From contig NC_068984.1 of the NCBI RefSeq assembly GCF_001194135.2, positions 138,494,902 through 138,547,735 on the forward strand: a stretch of DNA of 52,834 bases. The letters run 5' to 3'. Of the stretch, positions 45,985 to 52,834 are shown one piece after another. The notes below the pieces were generated by a model, which saw only the letters and a list, made by a program, of their open reading frames with translations, had not been told where the DNA came from and did not search any database. The translations under genes were made by a program, and so were the position numbers. Position 1 is the stretch's first letter. Each line of letters starts with the position of its first letter. This stretch comes from Octopus bimaculoides. Taxonomy: Eukaryota.

Positions 45985-46170
45985 ACCGGGCCCGGGCGGT
46001 GGGTTGTGTTCTTAGGCAAAACACTTCAATTTCCGTTGCTCCAGTCCACTAACCCTTAAATGAGTAACTCTGCGACGGTCTTGCGACTCGTTCAAGAGGA
46101 ACGTCATGATTTCAGCCACTTATACGCCATGGAAACCAAGTAGCCGGCACTGTGAGTCCTAGGATTCGAG
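45985..46170 (+). mobile_element. SINE-4 core with tail Y (diverged)
   Basis: TGTGTTCTTAGGCAAAACACTT...TTGCTCCAGTCCACT...TACGCCATGGAAACC. Confidence 0.65.
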
Positions 46171-46646
46171 TCAGTAATGTCTTGCTGGGGTTGATGATAA
46201 TGATGATGAACTGTATGATATCACGTCATAATGATGTTGTTAGAGTGGTTGCAGACTTTGTGAATATAATTTTTACAATTCATTAGGTATACAGCATATA
46301 AGGAAAAATTCAGATCCAAAGTGACAACTAAGAAGATAATTCAGGTGAATTTGATTTCGGTGGTGATTTGTTATCCTAGGTTCCTGAAGAATGAGTACAG
46401 AACATTCCTCAAGCGACCCATCGTCTTTGGGTTACAGTTTAGTGAATGTAAAACCTGTCATCTCTGTAAACTACACCAAAATAAGGCACTGACCTTCCCT
46501 AAGTCGTGTGTTTTCATGCTGACGTCAAAAACAGTGGGGCTTATTTAAGTGTTCGTTCATCCAAAAATTAAGTCATTTCGGTAAAGAATTATCTTCGGTA
46601 CAATTAGAATAATTTTAATGTCAGCAAATTGCGTTTTGTATACTCC

Positions 46647-46684
<38 letters not shown>

Positions 46685-46702
46685 CAGACATAAACGTACA
46701 TT

Positions 46703-46733
<31 letters not shown>

Positions 46734-46885
46734 TCACACACACACACACACACACACAAACACAAATGTACACATACACATACTCACGTTCCTTCTCTGT
46801 TTCACACACACATAGACAAAAGAAGACCATGCTCACTTCCCAAACGTACACTACATACATTTTCACAGATATAGTCACACATACA

Positions 46886-46920
<35 letters not shown>

Positions 46921-47259
46921 GCACACATACACACACTCACACGTGCACTCACGCACGTACGCAAGTACGCATACGCATTTCTATCCACACATGCACAAAC
47001 ACTCACACACGCTCACACACATCACTTTATTCTTCTCTCCTCTGTCCTATTAATTGATCCATCCTATTTCATAACAACGAAAACTATATCGGTCGCTGTC
47101 ATCGCCATCTTCCTCATCACAGCCTTACCACTTCTCTCCTCTTGTATAATATTAGGGATCTCGTCCCAACTTCCACTAACCCTCTCACTATTAACTCCCT
47201 TGTTTTGTCCCTTTATCCTCTTACTTAGTTTTTATTTTTAAAATTATTCATTGTTTTTT

Positions 47260-48040
47260 CCTTTTGCTTGTTTCAATCATTTGGCTGTGGCTATGCCGGC
47301 GGCGAATTTTCTTTTCCCCCCACGAGAGTTCTGGACCCAGTTATGAATTCATTTGCATACAGCCAATCAGAGCTCAACTATCAAACTAATTTATGAACGC
47401 ATAACAAGTAATGGGCGATAAGATAAGGTCACTTGGGTAAGGAATGGCCATGCTTCTTTTCTCTTTTAATAATGCTTGTTGTTCTTGTTCTTGTTTCAAC
47501 CATGGCTGCCACTGCGTAGTTATTTGTGTTGTAGTTTTCTTTCTAAAACAGTAAGAAGAGAGGGTTGCTACGCATCACCCTCTACCCACATTTTCCCCAT
47601 CCACATTTTTACCATATGGGGCTCTAACAAAATCCGATAATAGGTATAGATGCAAATCTATATAATTACTTTCTCCTTCTAAAATCAGGCATAACTTGTC
47701 GATCGGTCGACTTGCAACACCGTTCTTAGTCTTGAGTTTACTTGGTAGGGTGTTTTATCAAATGATTAGTTGTGTTTTACACATTCGCGAATATTATGTT
47801 AACAACAAGGTCAAAGTGAGCTCTGATTGGCTGTATGTAAATGAGTTCATTACTGGGGTCCGGAACTCTCGTGGGAAAAATTTCGCATGCCGGGGTGCCA
47901 CCTTGAAGGGTTTTTTACTCGAACAGATCGATTCCAGTACTTAGATTTTCATTCTAGTACTTATTCAGTAGAACTCTTTTGTCAAATCGTTACGTTACTG
48001 GGATGCAAATAAACCAACATCATTTGTTAAATGGTGGATG
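47260..48040 (-). mobile_element. SINE-1 3' module interrupted by a MITE
   Basis: TTGTTTCAATCATTTGGCTGTGGCTATGCC | insertion | ATGCCGGGGTGCCACCTTGAAGGG...CGAACAGATCGA. Confidence 0.75.
47302..47886. mobile_element. MULE/foldback-type MITE, 585 bp
   Basis: Imperfect TIRs of about 75 bp (GCGAA...CCCACGAGAGTTC.GGACCC...CAGCCAATCAGAGCTCA); 9-bp TSD ATGCCGGCG and ATGCCGGGG (8/9). Confidence 0.75.
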
Positions 48041-48149
48041 GAGTAACACAAGGATCCCTCCCTATACCCTAGTTCAGCCGGGTCACTGTTATTATCTCCT
48101 TTTCACTCAGCCTCTTTCTTCCCGTCCTCTCACCATATTGTGTTTTTTT

Positions 48150-48310
48150 TTTTTCGTTCTCTCTCCATTTTTACCCCTCAATCCATTCTATCGAAAAGCA
48201 TAGGCTCGAAACGTCAAAGACTTTTCCATTCTTCGCGAGCGTTAAGCTAATACACCTGCTTGTTGTTCCTTTACCTGTCTTGGTTTTTTTTGTTTTCTGT
48301 AAAATTGAGC
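48150..48310 (+). mobile_element. Sibling of 12345-12500 with degenerate hammerhead-like core (48184-48219)
   Basis: CTATCGA-A-AAGC(ATAG)GCTC-GAAACGTC-AAAG. Confidence 0.6.
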
Positions 48311-48391
48311 TACACACACAAACACACATATACATACACACACAAACACACATACACACATATACATACACACATACACACNNNNNNNNNN

Positions 48392-48438
<47 letters not shown>

Positions 48439-48439
48439 A

Positions 48440-48600
48440 ACACACGACGGGCTTCTACACAATTTCCGTCTACCAAATTCACTCACAAGGCACTTCGGCC
48501 AGAAGATATGATTGAAGACACTTGCCCAAGGTTGCCGCAGAATAAGACAGAATCCGAAGCCACCCAGCAGCAAAGCGAGCTCGTAACCATTATATATTTA
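48440..48600 (-). mobile_element. SINE-1 head + CORE-like block
   Basis: CGACGGGCTTCTACACAATTTCCGTCTACCAAATTCACTCACAAGG...GAAGACACTTGCCCAAGG. Confidence 0.8.
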
Positions 48601-49149
48601 AACCAGGGAATCTATAAATTCTCATAATTCTATGTCCATTTAAATCCTTTTAATCTATATAAATATATTAATCCATATAAATATATTAATCTATATAAAT
48701 TATTTAGCAGTCTTTCGAGCATCACATAAAGTACCACGTGGTATTTATTCCGATTTACTCCTTTTTGAGTTCAAACCCCACTATGGCCTACATGTATAGT
48801 AGACTTTAATCTGTCACCTAGTTTAACTACCATCTGGTCCCTTAGGAGGATACTTCCCTCCTACTTGTTTTGAAGACCCTGTAAAATATCATGAACACTG
48901 TCTCTTCTCCTGACTAAAAGATAGTGGAGTGACAGAAATAGAATATTCCATGAAATTCTTCCGTTCTATGTCTAAGCATCATTGGGTCAACTGTGTCTTT
49001 CAACCCTAAATCTTAAGCCTTAATGAAAAAAGGTACCGATTTTTACCAAAAGTCTCAATTGACTTATAACTGGTGCTTACAAACTGAAAACCAGCATTCA
49101 TCCTACTAGAAATAGCAATCAATTCTCCTTCCAATCAGTCTCTGGATTC

Positions 49150-49345
49150 TTAGAAGGATACATTTGATAGGGGAAGAGAGCAAGACACCGTTAAAGACGT
49201 TTGTTGACTGATGGCATCAAAGAATGGGCTGGAAACAAAAAGCCTGGTTGATTTATTCATGCAGCACAGTTCAGAGAGAACTGGAGATTCTTGGCAAGCC
49301 GACCCCCGGACACAGAGAGAGTACCTGGCTGGGGGTTGATGTAGA
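49150..49345 (+). mobile_element. Decayed RTE-like LINE 3' end
   Basis: LEGYI**GKRARHR*RRLLTDGIKEWAG...AAQFRENWR (compare GKRSRGRPRKRW.DGIKEWTG...AQDRERWR). Confidence 0.6.
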
Positions 49346-49561
49346 CTTAAATATCGTTGCTGTTTGGGCAAAGGCGTGTCCTGATCGAGTGGATCTGTGA
49401 TCGAAGGCGTCCCAGCCAAGACCATTCTGGTTTTAATAAGGATGTCTAAAAATCCATTATCCTTCAAGTGATTTTCGTTTTTAAAACGGTAGGGTGTGAT
49501 TTGAGGGTTTTCGGTTGCTATTTCTTGCATAATCTGAGGATAGTAGATTGCCAGAATTACT

Positions 49562-49962
49562 TGAGCGGCAGGCAGAAGACTGGGGATATTCGTTTCGGTT
49601 CCTTTTCGTTCTAAGTTCAATTCCTGTCGAAGTCAACTTTGCCTTTCACGCCTACGGATTCGACAAAATACAGAAGCAGTCAAATATTGGGTAGGGGGGT
49701 TAGGGGTTTGATTTAATCAAGTAACCAGTTCTATATTTTAGGCCTTCTATCTATTCTTTTATTCTTTTGTACGCTTCAGCCCTAAGGCTGTGGCCATGCT
49801 GGGGCAGCGCGCAGGATAATTTGGTGGCGTTGGAATGGCAACATAATATGGGCATCGGGCAAAATATTCTGCAGCATTTGCCTTCGTCTCTTTACGTTAT
49901 GGGTTTCAAATCCTGCCGAGGTCAACCTTGCCTTTCACTATTCTGGATGTCCATAAAATAAA
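49562..49962 (+). mobile_element. Two diverged SINE-2 copies
   Basis: CGTTCTAAGTTCAATTCC...AACTTTGCCTTTCA and GGGTTTCAAATCCTGCCGAGGTCAACCTTGCCTTTCA. Confidence 0.7.
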
Positions 49963-49973
49963 GTTACTGCCGT

Positions 49974-50275
49974 GGAGGCGCAATGGCCCAGTGGTTAGGG
50001 CAGCGGACTCGCGGGCATAGGATCACGGTTTCGATTCCCAGACCTGGCGTTGTGAGTATTTATTGAGCGAAAACACCTAAAGCTCCACGAGGCTCCGGCA
50101 GGGGATGGTGGCGAACCCTGCTGTACTCTTTCACCACAACTTTCTCTCACTCTTATTTCCTGTTTCTGTTGTGCCTGTAATTCAAAGGGTCAGTCTTGTC
50201 ACACTGTGTCACGCTGAATCTCCCCGTGAACTACGTTAAGGGTACACGTGTCTGTGGAGTGCTCAGCCACTTGCA
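49974..50275 (+). mobile_element. SINE-3 with tail X, cut by a gap
   Basis: Near-identical to 20560-20860. Confidence 0.92.
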
Positions 50276-51419
50276 NNNNNNNNNNNNNNNNNNNNNNNNN
50301 NNNNNNNNNNNNNNNNNNNNNNNNNNNNNNNNNNNNNNNNNNNNNNNNNNNNNNNNNNNNNNNNNNNNNNNNNNNNNNNNNNNNNNNNNNNNNNNNNNNN
50401 NNNNNNNNNNNNNNNNNNNNNNNNNNNNNNNNNNNNNNNNNNNNNNNNNNNNNNNNNNNNNNNNNNNNNNNNNNNNNNNNNNNNNNNNNNNNNNNNNNNN
50501 NNNNNNNNNNNNNNNNNNNNNNNNNNNNNNNNNNNNNNNNNNNNNNNNNNNNNNNNNNNNNNNNNNNNNNNNNNNNNNNNNNNNNNNNNNNNNNNNNNNN
50601 NNNNNNNNNNNNNNNNNNNNNNNNNNNNNNNNNNNNNGTTAGTTACGTAAATGAAGAGATGTTGGCATCCCCATGTTTGAAAAAAAGAAATATAGAAAGA
50701 AAAATATACTTTTTGAAATAAACCAAAAAAAAAAAAAACTGCATGACGTGGAGAGATATAAAAACAAAAGTAAAATAAAAGAATTTAACGATAAAAGAAA
50801 AAAAAATATTCACCATAGAAATAAAACAAAAATAAAATAAAATAAAAAATAAAAGGAAATAATAAATACATAAATTAAGTAAAATTTGCTGTTGGGACAT
50901 AGAAAAGGCAATCGTCACATAAGATGTGAGTTTGTAATAGACTATCCCACGTCGGCTGCGCTTGTAGGCACTCAACATTCCATACTATTGACAGAACAGG
51001 AGAAGACCTCCCTACCTCCCTACCTCCATACATACATACATACATACATACATATACAAAAAAAAAATTATAGGCGAGATCCGGTTTAAATACATTTAAC
51101 AGCTAACGCATTCGACATTTCAATTGGTCTTTATAGATGCTATTACATACTCTACTCTCACTAATTCGGTCTTTTACTCTCTCACCCTCTCCCTCACAAT
51201 GGCTTATACAAACACACACACTCACTCTCTCTCTCGCTCTCTCACTCGCTCGCTCGCTCGCTCACTCTTTACCGTTATTCCTTCAGATATCTCTCTAATT
51301 ATTTCTTACCATCTTTCTATCGTTTTCACTTTCTCTATTCTCCCCCCTCCCCATTATCACACTAACTGTATGTATATATATATAGATGCATGTGTATCTA
51401 TGAGTGTGTGTGTGTGTTT

Positions 51420-51800
<381 letters not shown>

Positions 51801-51959
51801 TATAACGCTAAAATTCAATCTATTGCATCGCAATCCGACGATGGTTTAAGTGGCCGAAACTTCGAAATCACTGTCAACAATATTCTTGTTTCATAATAAA
51901 CTTGTACTCTACAAAAGTACAGAAAATCATTTACATCCATTCGAAGCCCGTCGTATATA

Positions 51960-52118
51960 TAAAGTGTGGCTGTGTGGTAAGAAGCTTACTTCCCAACCAC
52001 ATGGTTCCGGGTTCAGTCCCACTGCGTGGCACCTTGGACAAGTGTCTTCTACTACAGCCTCGGGCCAACCATAGCCTTGTGAGTGGATTTGGTAGACGGA
52101 AACTGACAGAAGCCCGTC

Positions 52119-52150
<32 letters not shown>

Positions 52151-52620
52151 TCTTTAACTTGTTTTAGTCATTTGACTGCGGCCATGCTGGGGCACCACCT
52201 TTAGTCGATCAAATCGACCTTCGGCCTTATTCATTGTTAACACACCAGCATCGATTGTCAAGCGATGTTGGGGGGGGGGGACAAACACAGACACACAACA
52301 CACACACATGCACACACACATATATATACATCGGGCTTCTTTCAGTTTCCGTCTTACCAAATCCACTCACAAAGCCCGAGACTATAGTAGGAAGCATTTG
52401 CCATGCCGTGATACTGAACCCGAAACCATGTGGTTGATAAGGAAGCTACTTACCACACAGTCTGTGTGTCCCTGTTTGTCCCTACCATCATCACTTGACA
52501 ACCGATGGTGGTTTGTTTACGTTCCTGTCACTTAGCGGTTCGGCAGAAGACACCGATAGAATAAGTACTAGGCTTACAAAGAATAATTCCTGGGGTCGAT
52601 GTCTTTGACTAAAACCCTGA
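51960..52620. mobile_element. Nested SINE-1: plus copy (51960-52140 and 52461-52620) interrupted by a minus copy (52150-52460)
   Basis: Module order and orientation. Confidence 0.8.
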
Positions 52621-52788
52621 AGCAAATAAAGGAACAAAAGAACGATGTGTGTATGTGTGTGTGTGTGTGTAGACATGTATACACACATACACACACGCAC
52701 ATATACATATATATATAAACATATACACAAATGTGTGTGTATGTGTATATTTAGATACGTACGTCTCTCTTTCTCCTTCTTTCTCTCA

Positions 52789-52834
<46 letters not shown>

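Larger units (their letters stand above)
622..50637. other. 16 assembly gaps: 622-955, 3115-3876, 6686-7022, 8181-8415, 12971-13263, 14583-15042, 17279-17550, 23165-23661, 25156-25165, 26757-27050, 27839-28796, 34123-34553, 36346-37074, 38793-39050, 48382-48391, 50276-50637
   Basis: N runs, mostly abutting microsatellites or SINEs; any exons inside them are invisible. Confidence 1.

Noticed and set aside
41381-46548. ORFs 41381-41578, 42795-43109, 44707-44907, 45347-45727, 46321-46548
   Set aside because: No recognisable domains and no consistent splice signals; lengths are within chance expectation.
15284-50100. SINE heads as tRNA genes; recurrent near-identical motifs as a CRISPR array
   Set aside because: The heads have A/B boxes but no acceptor-stem closure and run into SINE bodies. 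The repeats are dispersed, on both strands and not regularly spaced, and the context is eukaryotic with no cas genes.
548-50721. Long ORFs filled with X (e.g. 27630-28874, 36120-37106, 3031-3933)
   Set aside because: They are open only because N-gaps contain no stop codons.

Overview
Repeat-dominated eukaryotic draft-assembly DNA. It is AT-rich, dense in microsatellites, and has 16 N-gaps totalling about 6.2 kb. The repeat families look like those of an octopus/coleoid genome (inference from pattern recall; no database search was run). No host protein-coding gene can be identified. There are only a few unverified candidate exons, and most ORFs in the track are gap, microsatellite or SINE artefacts. 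SINEs use working names. SINE-1 = tRNA-like head + CORE-like block + CA/TA microsatellite + 3' module. SINE-2 = GGCGGCGAGCTGGCAG head with GCCTTTCATCCTTTCGGGGTCGAT core. SINE-3 = GGAGGCGCAATGGCCCAGTGGTTAGG head. SINE-4 = TGTGTCCTTGAGCAAGACACT core. SINE-3 and SINE-4 each occur with two alternative tails (X, Y). Also present: fragments of CR1, Tx1/L1, RTE and Jockey/I-like LINEs, a decayed mariner, several MITEs (pogo-, piggyBac-, MULE-, hAT-like) and two 5S rRNA pseudogenes. The best leads are: (i) a minimal type I hammerhead ribozyme downstream of a Pol III B-box, with hammerhead-like cores in further repeat families; (ii) two separate 5S copies each sitting directly upstream of a SINE-1 head; (iii) a SINE-2 subfamily whose tail is the 3' end of the Tx1-like LINE; (iv) 2x2 head/tail shuffling of SINE-3 and SINE-4; (v) a possible SINE 3' transduction. 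None is demonstrably novel from sequence alone.
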